From Lentisphaera sp. (GTDB taxonomy: Bacteria > Verrucomicrobiota > Lentisphaeria > Victivallales > GWF2-50-93), in assembly GCA_020721745.1 (NCBI GenBank), contig DYMC01000002.1, forward strand, positions 1-34,358: DNA of 34,358 nt, written 5' to 3'. The notes beneath the pieces were generated by a model. That model did no database searches. It had not been told where the DNA came from and saw nothing but the letters and a program-made list of their open reading frames with translations. Both the position numbers and the translations under genes were made by a program. This document shows, one piece after another, positions 17,551 to 26,937 of the stretch. Each line of letters opens with the position of its first letter. Positions within the stretch are counted from its first letter, which is position 1.

Positions 17551-17981
17551 TGAGTAGAAAAGAGGTTGTGGAGACAATCGCGCAAGCTATCGCCAGGATG
17601 GAGGGCTTCACCTCCGGAGCTTCGCGAATCGCCAGAGCCAACGCTAACCCCGGAAACATCAGGAAGTGGCATGGCCGTGATGGTAAGCCATATCCAACCG
17701 AGCATGGCTATGTTAACTTCGTCGCTTGGGCCGGCGGGAACGAAGCTAAGGGCCTCGAGGAAGGTTGGCGGATTCTTCGCGTCCTGATCGGCCAATACAT
17801 CGACGGGAAGTATACAGCCGGTCCTCCGACTTTCTACCAGATGTTTGAAAAGTACGCCCCTACCGAGGACCGCAACAACCCGCGTAATTACGCCCAATAC
17901 GTTGCTAACGCCCTTGGTGCCGATCCCGGCGATAGGATCATTGACGTGATTAATCGCCGAGAAAGGGAGGAAGAAGCATGA
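17550..17981 (+). CDS. Hypothetical protein with EGF...NPGNIR motif; possible cell-wall-active virion protein
   Basis: ATG at 17550 overlaps the upstream TGA; GGAGG upstream. ARMEGFTSGASRIARANANPGNIRKW...YAPTEDRNNPRNY resembles a recurrent phage family whose function I cannot name with confidence. Confidence 0.4.
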   Translation: MSRKEVVETIAQAIARMEGFTSGASRIARANANPGNIRKWHGRDGKPYPTEHGYVNFVAWAGGNEAKGLEEGWRILRVLIGQYIDGKYTAGPPTFYQMFEKYAPTEDRNNPRNYAQYVANALGADPGDRIIDVINRREREEEA

Positions 17982-18679
17982 ACCTTGTGATGTACTTTCT
18001 TAAGGCCGCACTACTCGTCATGGCCTCTGTAGCCTGCGGAGGGATCTATATGCTTACCCTCCAGCTCAAGACTGAAACCGAGGTCCGGACGATTGTGACG
18101 TATGAATTGTTGACAGAAGTGTCAACGTTGCGTGCGCAATTGATCAAAGAAGTGGATCTCCTCCGTCAAGACATGAAGCAGGAAACGAGTGCATTTCGTG
18201 CCGCCGCGCAGCACGAAATTGCAATGACACGTAAAGAAGCACGTCAGGAACTGGCGGAATCACGTGAGAAGCTTCTTGCGGAGCTGCACCCGGTTCTCCA
18301 GCGGACGGAATCCCTTCTTGCGACCTACGAAGCTCTTCCTGATAGGGCTGCATATGCCAACAGATGGCTATGGGACTGCGAGAACTATCCTGCTTGTTTG
18401 CAGTCGCAAGCACTGGCACTCGTTGGTTCTGCACGGTATACGATGGGCCAGATCGCCAAATCAGCTCCGAAGGTTGCCACCGCCGTAGAGGCTACAGCTC
18501 AGAGCGCTGCAGCCACAGCGCAAGCCAGCGCGGCGACAGCTAACCAAGTTCAACAACTGACCAAGCCGGGACCGAAGTGGCTGAGATATCTTGGAATCGG
18601 AGCTTCCGTCGCCGTGCCGGCGTCTCAAATCGCGATTCCATTCATTGTTAGTAAAATAGAATCAGGAGGTGGAAAATGA
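17978..18679 (+). CDS. Membrane protein with N- and C-terminal hydrophobic segments and a central coiled coil (233 aa)
   Basis: LKAALLVMASVACGGIYMLTL at the N-terminus and LRYLGIGASVAVPASQIAIPFIV at the C-terminus. GGGAGG upstream. Confidence 0.6.
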   Translation: MNLVMYFLKAALLVMASVACGGIYMLTLQLKTETEVRTIVTYELLTEVSTLRAQLIKEVDLLRQDMKQETSAFRAAAQHEIAMTRKEARQELAESREKLLAELHPVLQRTESLLATYEALPDRAAYANRWLWDCENYPACLQSQALALVGSARYTMGQIAKSAPKVATAVEATAQSAAATAQASAATANQVQQLTKPGPKWLRYLGIGASVAVPASQIAIPFIVSKIESGGGK

Positions 18680-18906
18680 ACAAGCTTAAGACGATTGTCT
18701 CTTTGCTTCCGACGATTTTCAGCGCCGTGAAATCGATCGAAGAGGCGGCCAACCTTCCAAGAATCGGTTCCCAGAAGCTCGCATTGCTTATGGAACTGAT
18801 TGGAGCGGTTTATCCGGAAGTGGATGCGATCCGTGAAGCCGTAGAAAAGGTGGTTGCCGCCGTTGTTAAGTTCTTTAACGGTGTTGGAATCTTCAAGAAG
18901 TCGTAA
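18676..18906 (+). CDS. Hypothetical small protein (76 aa), weakly hydrophobic N-terminus
   Basis: AGGAGG upstream and an ATGA overlap. No motif. Confidence 0.5.
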   Translation: MNKLKTIVSLLPTIFSAVKSIEEAANLPRIGSQKLALLMELIGAVYPEVDAIREAVEKVVAAVVKFFNGVGIFKKS

Positions 18907-19085
18907 TGAAACTCGAATGGCTCAATTCAGTTGAAGGGAGAACGGTCGTGGCGATTCTGATGATCGCTGCGGCCTTCTCCCTCCGCATCTTTCAGCAGGA
19001 GTGGGCACGGGACATGTTTGTATTCGGGATGGCGTTGCTGGCAAGAGAAATGGGAGTGAAGGATGGAACAAGAGAGGATCATTGA
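18906..19085 (+). CDS. Unlisted 59-aa ORF with two hydrophobic segments (holin-like candidate)
   Basis: Below the apparent track size cutoff. Hand translation: MKLEWLNSVEGRTVVAILMIAAAFSLRIFQQEWARDMFVFGMALLAREMGVKDGTREDH. Its start overlaps the previous stop (TAATG). Confidence 0.45.
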   Translation: MKLEWLNSVEGRTVVAILMIAAAFSLRIFQQEWARDMFVFGMALLAREMGVKDGTREDH

Positions 19086-19374
19086 ACATCTCGTGCAAAT
19101 CGAAAGACAACAGGCGGGAATGAGCACGAAGCTGGACGAACTGGCCTCCGACATGCAGAAATTGTGCTCAATCGTCGAACAGCACTCAGCCGGCATCAAC
19201 GGATACGGTTATCGGCTTTCATACGTTGAAAAGAAGGTTGAGAAACTTGAGGAAGTTGCGGAGGAGCACAGGGCAGCCGTAAACAGCCTCCGGGGCATGC
19301 GGATTGTTGTTAGCGGCATCATAACTATCCTGGCTGCTGCTGGTACCGCTCTTGGGTACTTTCTCTGGAGGTGA
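19063..19374 (+). CDS. Coiled-coil protein with C-terminal membrane anchor (103 aa)
   Basis: Charged helical N-terminal part, then RIVVSGIITILAAAGTALGYFLW at the C-terminus. Confidence 0.55.
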   Translation: MEQERIIEHLVQIERQQAGMSTKLDELASDMQKLCSIVEQHSAGINGYGYRLSYVEKKVEKLEEVAEEHRAAVNSLRGMRIVVSGIITILAAAGTALGYFLWR

Positions 19375-19377
19375 TAG

Positions 19378-22005
19378 ATGCCCTTCAATTGGTTGAATCC
19401 GGACTATGCAGAACGATATGGCGGGCTTGTTCGCGGGGCCAAAGAACTATGGAACAGCCTTAAACAGATTCCGGGCTTGCTTACCGCACCGGAGCAATTT
19501 ACTACTCCGGAGAGAGCTGTTCAGAAGATCCAACAGCGCAACAAAGCGATGCTTTCCGGAGCTGCGGGGGCTATTCTTGGGTATCCAGTCGATACCATTG
19601 AAGGGATTGCAACGCTCGGCAATCTGGGCTCTCGGGTCCTTGGGGGACCATATTACAAGGGAGAGATCTCTCTCCCATACAATTCAGCACGAATCGCCGA
19701 GAAGTTGAATGCAAACTTGGGGATTAATGATCCCAAGGCCGTGATGCTCTCTATGCTGACTGCGGGGCTCTTAGGCTCCGTTCTGCCGGATCCAACAGGA
19801 AACCTTGGCGACGCTAAAAAAGCGGCTAAAGCTGTGAACACCAGTAAAAAGGGTATTCACGCTGCAGTAAAAGAACTGAAAGCCGGCGAAGAAGCGGCGG
19901 CTGCGGAGCAATACCAGAAAATCCTCGAAAGACCCGTCATCCCACCGGAAAAGATACCGGGTGGGGAAGTGATAGCGAATCTTCCGGACGAACAAGAATT
20001 CAACATCGCAAAGAGCAAACTGCCGGAAGGGATCCTAATGCCTTCACTTAAAGTCCGTGAGGCTATTGGAACAGACTATAACCCAAACCAAACGAAATCC
20101 CTTGTCAACCGTGTTTTGTCCACTCCGATTGCGCCGCCACAGAAACAGAAAGGAACAAGTGAGTGGGTTAGAGGCAAGTCCCTGGAAGAGGCGACTAAAA
20201 CCGGTCTGTCAAACATGTCCCCGAAATCGTTTGTCTTCAGGGACAAACTCGGTACACGTCATGTCGTTGATCCAGCCAAATTCGTTGACGATTTGTCTGC
20301 AACTATCGCCACCCTTGCGGATCTGGCTTTGCAGGCGGCTCCATGGTCGAAGGAATGGTACGCTAAAAGCCGGCTCGGAATTGTATCCCAATCCCCGAAC
20401 CCAAAGGCGGCAAGAAACCTAGCAAGGATATACTCGTTGACAAGCGGCAGGAAAGACGTTTCGGACAGCCTCCAGCTGACATCACAGATCCTTAATGCGA
20501 GGCGGGAAGGTCTGTACTATCCCATCATGAACGCCGACATGGAGGGCTATACACCGGCAATTGTTCAGGGGCTCGAGGGCCGTCTGGATGTGCCGTCGAC
20601 ACCGAAATATGGTCCTTTCTTCGGAAGCCTGACGCCGGGAGGGGAAGCATTAAACCGGCCCGGAGGGGCTTTCATCGGGACCGTCAATGACGCCTTCATG
20701 TCCCGTCTTTACCCCATGATCGTAAACAAGTCGATTGATCTCGATCCCAACAGCCCTACCTTCGGAAAGATCCTGGACAGAGAGCGTGCGGCTTCTGTGG
20801 GTATGACCGACGCCATGCATAATCTTTTTGATAGGGCTTCTCTCCGTGTAGCTAATGCCATGGGCTTGAACCCCGAAAGCATTCAATCCTTGGTATGGGT
20901 AGCTATCAGAGGGATAGACGATTACAGCACGAAGAACAACAAGAAAACCCTCATGCAGGCAATCGCGGATGCTTCGGACTCTATCCCGGACATCATTCAC
21001 CGGAAGGGTGTAAGCCTAGGGTTCGAATTCATGCCCGACTCCACCCCCGAGGCCGGCTTCAACATCACAAAGGCTCCGGATAAAACAAAAAGAGCCTATG
21101 AAGCCGGAATGGAGAAGGTATTCAAAAAGTCCGGCTATAAGATCGGACAGGCTGAAACCTATGCAGCGCCAACGTCTCTTACTTATGGACATTGGAGGGG
21201 ACCCGGAGGGGTTGAGAATAACCGCTTGGTTACGCTTGGAATGCCGATCTCTACGACGGGAGCTACTGCAGATACCCTAATGCAGGACCCAAACGCATTG
21301 AAGCGTTTCCAGCGTGTTGGTACGTTGTTCCAACTGATGCACGGTCAACAGGGGGTTGGAACTATCACCCCGTTTACAGCGAAGTCCATCAAGAAGGAAC
21401 AACTCAACGGCTTCATGGTGGCCAACAAAGACGGAAAGCAGTTCACTTTGAAACAGCTGGAGAAGATTGGTACTGCAGCAGAGAATCTCGGCTTTGGGGT
21501 TGCATCCAGAGGGAATCATCTCTATATCACGGACTTTAACGACAAGATCGTTGGGGAAGAGATGATGGGGAAGATGGAGCAACTGAAAGAAGAGATTAAG
21601 AAAGCCGGCGTTAAAACCAGCGAATTCACACCGGTTAGAATTCTTAGCACCTACCAGAGTCTTCCCTGGCGAGAATCAAAAGTCGGGTCCGGCAAGGTCA
21701 CCGGGCAAGCCGCAAAACTCCTCGAGGGCGGCTTTACTGACGAAGAAACCAGGCGTGCCATTATGGAAACGGCCAAGGGCATAAACAGAGTGAACAGCCG
21801 ATTCGGATATGGTGAGAATATCAGGCCCGACATGAAGAACCTCTTGGATGTTCTCGGAAGCGAAGAAGTTCTAAAGAAAGGCCCAAGCGCTGTTCTCCGG
21901 GAAGCACTTGAAAAGGGCCTCCCTCTTCCGGTCATCCTTGGAAGCATCTATCTTTCTCAAAAGAAAGACCAAGAGAAACGAAAAGGACAATCGTTGATCT
22001 TTTAG
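19378..22005 (+). CDS. Large virion-associated/ejection-type protein (875 aa), function unknown
   Basis: GGAGG upstream. Last gene of the late arm. G/A-rich hydrophobic patches near the N-terminus. No catalytic motif recognised. Confidence 0.5.
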   Translation: MPFNWLNPDYAERYGGLVRGAKELWNSLKQIPGLLTAPEQFTTPERAVQKIQQRNKAMLSGAAGAILGYPVDTIEGIATLGNLGSRVLGGPYYKGEISLPYNSARIAEKLNANLGINDPKAVMLSMLTAGLLGSVLPDPTGNLGDAKKAAKAVNTSKKGIHAAVKELKAGEEAAAAEQYQKILERPVIPPEKIPGGEVIANLPDEQEFNIAKSKLPEGILMPSLKVREAIGTDYNPNQTKSLVNRVLSTPIAPPQKQKGTSEWVRGKSLEEATKTGLSNMSPKSFVFRDKLGTRHVVDPAKFVDDLSATIATLADLALQAAPWSKEWYAKSRLGIVSQSPNPKAARNLARIYSLTSGRKDVSDSLQLTSQILNARREGLYYPIMNADMEGYTPAIVQGLEGRLDVPSTPKYGPFFGSLTPGGEALNRPGGAFIGTVNDAFMSRLYPMIVNKSIDLDPNSPTFGKILDRERAASVGMTDAMHNLFDRASLRVANAMGLNPESIQSLVWVAIRGIDDYSTKNNKKTLMQAIADASDSIPDIIHRKGVSLGFEFMPDSTPEAGFNITKAPDKTKRAYEAGMEKVFKKSGYKIGQAETYAAPTSLTYGHWRGPGGVENNRLVTLGMPISTTGATADTLMQDPNALKRFQRVGTLFQLMHGQQGVGTITPFTAKSIKKEQLNGFMVANKDGKQFTLKQLEKIGTAAENLGFGVASRGNHLYITDFNDKIVGEEMMGKMEQLKEEIKKAGVKTSEFTPVRILSTYQSLPWRESKVGSGKVTGQAAKLLEGGFTDEETRRAIMETAKGINRVNSRFGYGENIRPDMKNLLDVLGSEEVLKKGPSAVLREALEKGLPLPVILGSIYLSQKKDQEKRKGQSLIF

Positions 22006-22664
22006 AAGAAAAGAATACCACTAAAAATAGGAGCCTGTTCGAATTCCGAACGGATTTGGTGTATCGCCTCCGTCGGAAGCTTTGACAGGTGATAAACCCA
22101 TTCGACAAGGTCCGGGAGGGGTCTGTCTGTCTCAAGACACAAATCAACGTACTCCGGACTGACGCCCTGTTCGGAAGGGTGCGTATAATCTACGTTCGGA
22201 TCTTGTCGATCGCTTAGCAACTGAAAGACAACTCCGCCTAGACTGCGGATCTTTTTGGCTTCGACATCGAACCGCAGATCATCAAACACAACAAGTTTGT
22301 AAGCCTTAGTAATCGGCCAACTTACATGCGAAACCCAGTACTCGTCGTCCTTCTTTTTTCTCCACGCGCCGTACCGTTGAAGAAGCTGGCGCACCCACGG
22401 TTCCGTTGGTTTCTTCCACAAAACGTTAGGATCCTTAGGCTTGTCCTTCGGGATCTCAATATCTTTCAACGGAAAACCCTTCGGCCACTTGTTGCTGATC
22501 AAACACTCTGAAACCTCAACGCGGAGAGGCTGAGCAAACGAGAAGACAGCTGCAAGGGGATTCCCAGGCTTACTAGAAATATTCATAAGATCAACAACGG
22601 CTTTAGCTAAGGTAGACTTCCCGGATCCAGCCTTGCCAGTTAGAGCAACATAGTGCGTACTCAT
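22002..22664 (-). CDS. Deoxynucleoside monophosphate kinase-like P-loop protein
   Basis: 220 aa. LTGKAGSGKST P-loop, VVFDDLRFDVEA, THPSEQG; this pattern resembles phage dNMP kinases. Confidence 0.65.
   Translation of the reverse strand: MSTHYVALTGKAGSGKSTLAKAVVDLMNISSKPGNPLAAVFSFAQPLRVEVSECLISNKWPKGFPLKDIEIPKDKPKDPNVLWKKPTEPWVRQLLQRYGAWRKKKDDEYWVSHVSWPITKAYKLVVFDDLRFDVEAKKIRSLGGVVFQLLSDRQDPNVDYTHPSEQGVSPEYVDLCLETDRPLPDLVEWVYHLSKLPTEAIHQIRSEFEQAPIFSGILFF
22034..22053. terminator. Possible bidirectional terminator hairpin embedded in the 3' end of the kinase-like gene
   Basis: CCTGTTCG / AATTC / CGAACGG gives 7 bp with one bulged T. On the minus strand it is followed by CTCCTATTTTTAG. It lies at the convergence point of the two arms. 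Confidence 0.3.
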
Positions 22665-24976
22665 TTCAGTTTGACTCCTTCCACTATGATACCGTCTTTT
22701 CGTCTGCTACGTTTGAAGCCACGATCCCTAAGGAGAACGGAGAAGCGCTTCTTGCTGGTCGGTTCGATCTCGTTCCGTGAACACCACGAGATCCAGCTTT
22801 CATATAGGGCCGTGAAATCAGCTTCCCCCTCCAGCGCACAACTTTCCTTGAACCACAAGGCCAAGGGGTCGTTATCCTCCATGTATTCTTCCGTGCCTTC
22901 ATCTACAACCCTAGGAGAGATAAGGCCGTGCTTAAGCCATTCCCTTGTACCGACCATCATCCAGTTCAAGATCCTCCCCGCTTCCACCGCCAGCTCATCA
23001 ACAAGGTCCTTGTTGATCTTAGACGGGACATTGGTCGCGGGCAAGAACCTGAACCTTCTCCGAATGGCAGCATCAACGCGCTTGAGTTCCGGTCTGGCGT
23101 TTGCAACGAACAGAAGCTTACAAACAGGCTCAAACTCAAACGGTTCGTGGTACAAGTACCTGCCCATCATCTTGTCCCCACTCGAAACGTCTTTGAGGAG
23201 ACCCTCATCCCATACGCTCCCCTCCCGTGCTTCCGACGCTACCACCAGCCTCGGACCAGACAGCCAGGACATCTCGGAGAGAGAATGGCCGTTGAATTTT
23301 GTCATGAACGCATCCATGGGTGCCTTCCTGCAATAATCACCCATGACCTTCATGACGGTGGATGTGAAGACGCTCTTGCCGTTTCCACCGGGTCCCCACA
23401 TAAACCACAAGAGCTGCTCCTTCATACTTCCAGTCAACCAGTACCCACAGATTCTCTGCAGGTAGGAGACGTATTCATCGTCGCCCCTGGTGAGATCGGA
23501 CAGAAACTGCAGCCACTTCCGGGGAGCACCGGAATCAGGAGCAACAGAGGTCAACTTCGTTACATAGCACTCGGAATTCGGAGTGGCTTGTTGGCCAGTG
23601 GTCACATCAAACACACCAGCCGGCGTGCCCAACAGATACGGCGTCCGATCCAGCATCGCCTCCGTCACAACCGTGTTCGGTGATTTAGACATCAGCGTCA
23701 CTACGTTCTCAACGGTCCGTCTGCTCAGGATGGATCTCACCACAGGTGGGATCTTCTCCCCCGGTCCAAGGCTGGCTAACTTGGCATTGCTGATCTTGGT
23801 AAGGACGTCTATAGCTGCATTCCAGACTCTCTCTGTTTCGTCGATAGACCAAATCTTTCCGTCCCAGACATACCATACGCCCCTGCTGACGTTGTACCGG
23901 ACCTGCAAGCCACACTTTTCTAGAACACGTTCTTTGAGCCATGCCTCGGAATACTCTGCTTTTGGATCCACCGATTTATCTGGCTTAACCATCTCAACGG
24001 GATCAAACTCAACCGTAGCGGCGTTGAACCCAAACCGCCTAGCCTGGTCCAGCAACCACGACCATCCGATCCGGAAGGGTGGCTTGAGAGAGTCCCAATC
24101 CCTTTTGCACCCGGCTTCCGTGTTCTTGATACCATCCCGTCCGGGCCACTTCAGTGCCCACATCAGCCACGCTTTGTATGCCTCCTCAGGCCACTTCGAC
24201 CCGGCTGCCTTTGCGGCTATCGCGACGGTGATGTAATCGGCCCGGAAGGGATGGGACTCCACCGTATTCGGGATTGACTCCATAACAGACTTAAGCTTAT
24301 GGAGAGAAGGGGCGATAATGGATTCCGTATCGGAATTCTTGTGGAGGGGTCGTGCGGAGCTAAGTTCGGCTTCCCATCCAATCCGCTGGACAGCCGAAAC
24401 GATCTTCTCTAAGGTAGCTTGAGCACTCTTCCTAGAAAGCACTGGAAGATCGCTTGGTGCTGGTAAATCGTTAGGCCATGTATACGGACAGCCGGACGGG
24501 TGGATCCCAGAGATGAGATATTGCTGCCCGTCACCCAGAACCTCTACCAAGTACCGTTCATCGTTTCGGTGGATATCCACCCTCAGGCGTGGAAACGGGT
24601 CCCCCTCCAAACGGAAGGGGTACAAACGCTTTGGTGCCTGCCCGACGCGGTAATGAACAGCGCCGAGGGACTCCTCCACCACCCTGCTTACGACTCCGAC
24701 AAGCTGCTCGTCCTTGATGTCAATATCGATTGCCGGGAACACCCTTGCACGAAGGCCGATGTTAGCCCCGGTCTCGTCCATCTGGACGGCCTCTTCATAC
24801 GCTGTTGGGCCAAACGACCAGGCATAACCTCCCCAAAAACCAGATCGATATCGAATTCCGGGTGCCTTACCACGTGCGGCTGGTGGAATAGTAGAGTCAG
24901 GATCCAACGGCGCGTTCGGGGGCACGACGGACACGAGTTCGTCGTACCCGATCATGAAGAGCTTTCGGGCTGTCAT
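22661..24976 (-). CDS. Bifunctional primase-polymerase / D5-P4-type helicase
   Basis: 771 aa. Prim-Pol motifs FPAIDIDIKD and ISGIHPSGCPYTW at the N-terminus. C-terminal SF3-type NTPase with WGPGGNGKSVF. Confidence 0.85.
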   Translation of the reverse strand: MTARKLFMIGYDELVSVVPPNAPLDPDSTIPPAARGKAPGIRYRSGFWGGYAWSFGPTAYEEAVQMDETGANIGLRARVFPAIDIDIKDEQLVGVVSRVVEESLGAVHYRVGQAPKRLYPFRLEGDPFPRLRVDIHRNDERYLVEVLGDGQQYLISGIHPSGCPYTWPNDLPAPSDLPVLSRKSAQATLEKIVSAVQRIGWEAELSSARPLHKNSDTESIIAPSLHKLKSVMESIPNTVESHPFRADYITVAIAAKAAGSKWPEEAYKAWLMWALKWPGRDGIKNTEAGCKRDWDSLKPPFRIGWSWLLDQARRFGFNAATVEFDPVEMVKPDKSVDPKAEYSEAWLKERVLEKCGLQVRYNVSRGVWYVWDGKIWSIDETERVWNAAIDVLTKISNAKLASLGPGEKIPPVVRSILSRRTVENVVTLMSKSPNTVVTEAMLDRTPYLLGTPAGVFDVTTGQQATPNSECYVTKLTSVAPDSGAPRKWLQFLSDLTRGDDEYVSYLQRICGYWLTGSMKEQLLWFMWGPGGNGKSVFTSTVMKVMGDYCRKAPMDAFMTKFNGHSLSEMSWLSGPRLVVASEAREGSVWDEGLLKDVSSGDKMMGRYLYHEPFEFEPVCKLLFVANARPELKRVDAAIRRRFRFLPATNVPSKINKDLVDELAVEAGRILNWMMVGTREWLKHGLISPRVVDEGTEEYMEDNDPLALWFKESCALEGEADFTALYESWISWCSRNEIEPTSKKRFSVLLRDRGFKRSRRKDGIIVEGVKLK

Positions 24977-26937
24977 TTAACGTACCTTGTATCAGACCAA
25001 ACCTCGGCAGCAAGCGGGAAATCCTTTGCCCACTCCGGCGGAGTAGACAGGATCGAACGGAACTCTTCGACTCCGTCCTTCGATTTCGGCGCTTCGCACA
25101 GCACCTCGTCATGGACGGACAAGACGGGGCTGAAACCGGATCGCTCCAGCCCCATAAGAGAGTTCACAAGAAGATCCCTGCACAAAGCCTGAACGACGTT
25201 CTCCGCTAGCAAGCCACCATACAAGCGAACTTCCGTTACTTGTTTGATGGATGTCTTGTAACCATCAACGATCAGATCGTTCTCAACGATCCTAGGATTA
25301 CGATACCACAATCTGCGACCGGATGGAAGTGCAAGTGTCAGCCAACTTCCAACGCATTCCCAATACAGCCAGACGGGATGATTCATCACGACAGCCGTCC
25401 CATCCTTGACAGCCTTATGAGCGCTTTTCTGCAGAGAATGCCAAAACTCCACGGCCTTGTGGTTGACAGAGCGGTAAATATCCACGACCTTGCACGCATC
25501 ATCGAAGGACAAATTCATGCCTTCCTGCTGCGTGCGGTCATAAAACTTATTCGCACCCATCCCGTAGCCGAGGCCTAGGACGGCGACTTTACCAACGAAC
25601 CTTTGATCCTTAGTGACTTGCTCCGCCGGCACTCCGTAGATACGCGAAGCCATCTGCACGTACACGTCCTCGCCGTTTCGGAAGGCCTCTACCATGTCTG
25701 AGTTCCCCGACAACCAGGCAAGCATGCGTGCCTCAACGCTGGAGAAATCACCACCGTAGAACACGTTGCCGTCACCGGGGATCAAACACCTACGAAGGGA
25801 ACGAGAGATGGCTTCCAAGGGAGGGGTGATCAAATGGAGCATTTTGACACCCGTTTCCGGATTGACGTTCTTTTCAGCCAAATCAGTCAATAACCAGAAC
25901 GTCTTTTCCGTATCGAGAGAGGGGCGCGGAAGGTTCTGGAACTGTGGCCCACGCCCGGACCACCTTCCAGTAGCGGCTCCATGATACTGTAGAAGTCCAT
26001 GGATGCGGTCGTCCACGTCACGGTATTCCTGCATCGCATTCAGCTTTGCGATACTGGAATAGCCGGAATCATCCCGGATCTGCAGCACACGCCGTACGTC
26101 AGAAGGGAGGTTGTCTGTCTGAAGGAGCTTATTGACTGTTCCAGCAGAGCAGTCCATGACTTCGTGGCCCTTTGATATCAACCACTTCTTTAGCCTCTGA
26201 ACTTGGGATACGGAATCAACGGCACCGTCCGTAAGCCTCTTCATTTCGTTGTTGGCTTCACGGACAGCCATCTCGGCCAGAGACTTGAGATATCCCACGA
26301 GCTGCCAATCAACTCGAACACCCGCATCGTTGATCCTTTGATCAAGATGGTAAACAGCAACCTCTGTGTTCGGAAGGCGCGGCAGGAGAGCGTGTAAACT
26401 ACTCTCAGTCCTGACATCCTGCATGCAATAGTCCTCAAGACGGGACAACAGCTCCGGGTCGTTGTTCCAAATTGGAGCGCCGCTTTCATCCTGTCCGGAA
26501 GGGTAACACAGCTTCCGAATCAAAGTGGCTCCGAAGGGGTCCTTTTGCTCATCGGCACCAAAGTACCGTGCCGCAGCACCCAACGACATAGGAAAGCCGG
26601 CATAACTTGAGCTAGCTAAAACACAGCGCCACTGCTCGGGCTTCACCGCCGGGAAACCATACTTCGGAACGGCTATACGATTCCACAGGAGCCGTTCGAA
26701 CTGAGCGTTCCAAGAAGCAAGTAAGGCACCCTTCTCAAGGGCCCACCGGAGGAATTCAGGAAACGGCTCACCCCTCCGCCAAATTGACGTATCACCAGGA
26801 TCCGCATCCGAAGTATGCCAAGCCATGCACAAGATGTCGGCATCCGGATGGCTCGAATAAGGGTAAACACCGCTCCTCTTAATATCGACGGGCGAGCGCG
26901 TTTCGAAGTCGACGTGAATTATCGAGGGTACTTTCAT
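24973..26937 (-). CDS. Family A DNA polymerase with 3'-5' exonuclease domain
   Basis: 654 aa. Exo I HVDFETRS, GRWSGRGPQFQNLPR, motif A GGDFSSVEARMLAW, motif B RFVGKVAVLGLGYGMG, motif C LSVHDEVLCE. Confidence 0.9.
   Translation of the reverse strand: MKVPSIIHVDFETRSPVDIKRSGVYPYSSHPDADILCMAWHTSDADPGDTSIWRRGEPFPEFLRWALEKGALLASWNAQFERLLWNRIAVPKYGFPAVKPEQWRCVLASSSYAGFPMSLGAAARYFGADEQKDPFGATLIRKLCYPSGQDESGAPIWNNDPELLSRLEDYCMQDVRTESSLHALLPRLPNTEVAVYHLDQRINDAGVRVDWQLVGYLKSLAEMAVREANNEMKRLTDGAVDSVSQVQRLKKWLISKGHEVMDCSAGTVNKLLQTDNLPSDVRRVLQIRDDSGYSSIAKLNAMQEYRDVDDRIHGLLQYHGAATGRWSGRGPQFQNLPRPSLDTEKTFWLLTDLAEKNVNPETGVKMLHLITPPLEAISRSLRRCLIPGDGNVFYGGDFSSVEARMLAWLSGNSDMVEAFRNGEDVYVQMASRIYGVPAEQVTKDQRFVGKVAVLGLGYGMGANKFYDRTQQEGMNLSFDDACKVVDIYRSVNHKAVEFWHSLQKSAHKAVKDGTAVVMNHPVWLYWECVGSWLTLALPSGRRLWYRNPRIVENDLIVDGYKTSIKQVTEVRLYGGLLAENVVQALCRDLLVNSLMGLERSGFSPVLSVHDEVLCEAPKSKDGVEEFRSILSTPPEWAKDFPLAAEVWSDTRYVK

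Noticed and set aside
22653-25192. Series of 217-251-aa plus-strand ORFs opposite the primase-helicase
   Set aside because: They are antisense to a gene with Prim-Pol and SF3 helicase motifs. Their composition is low-complexity S/R/P-rich. They are shadow ORFs.
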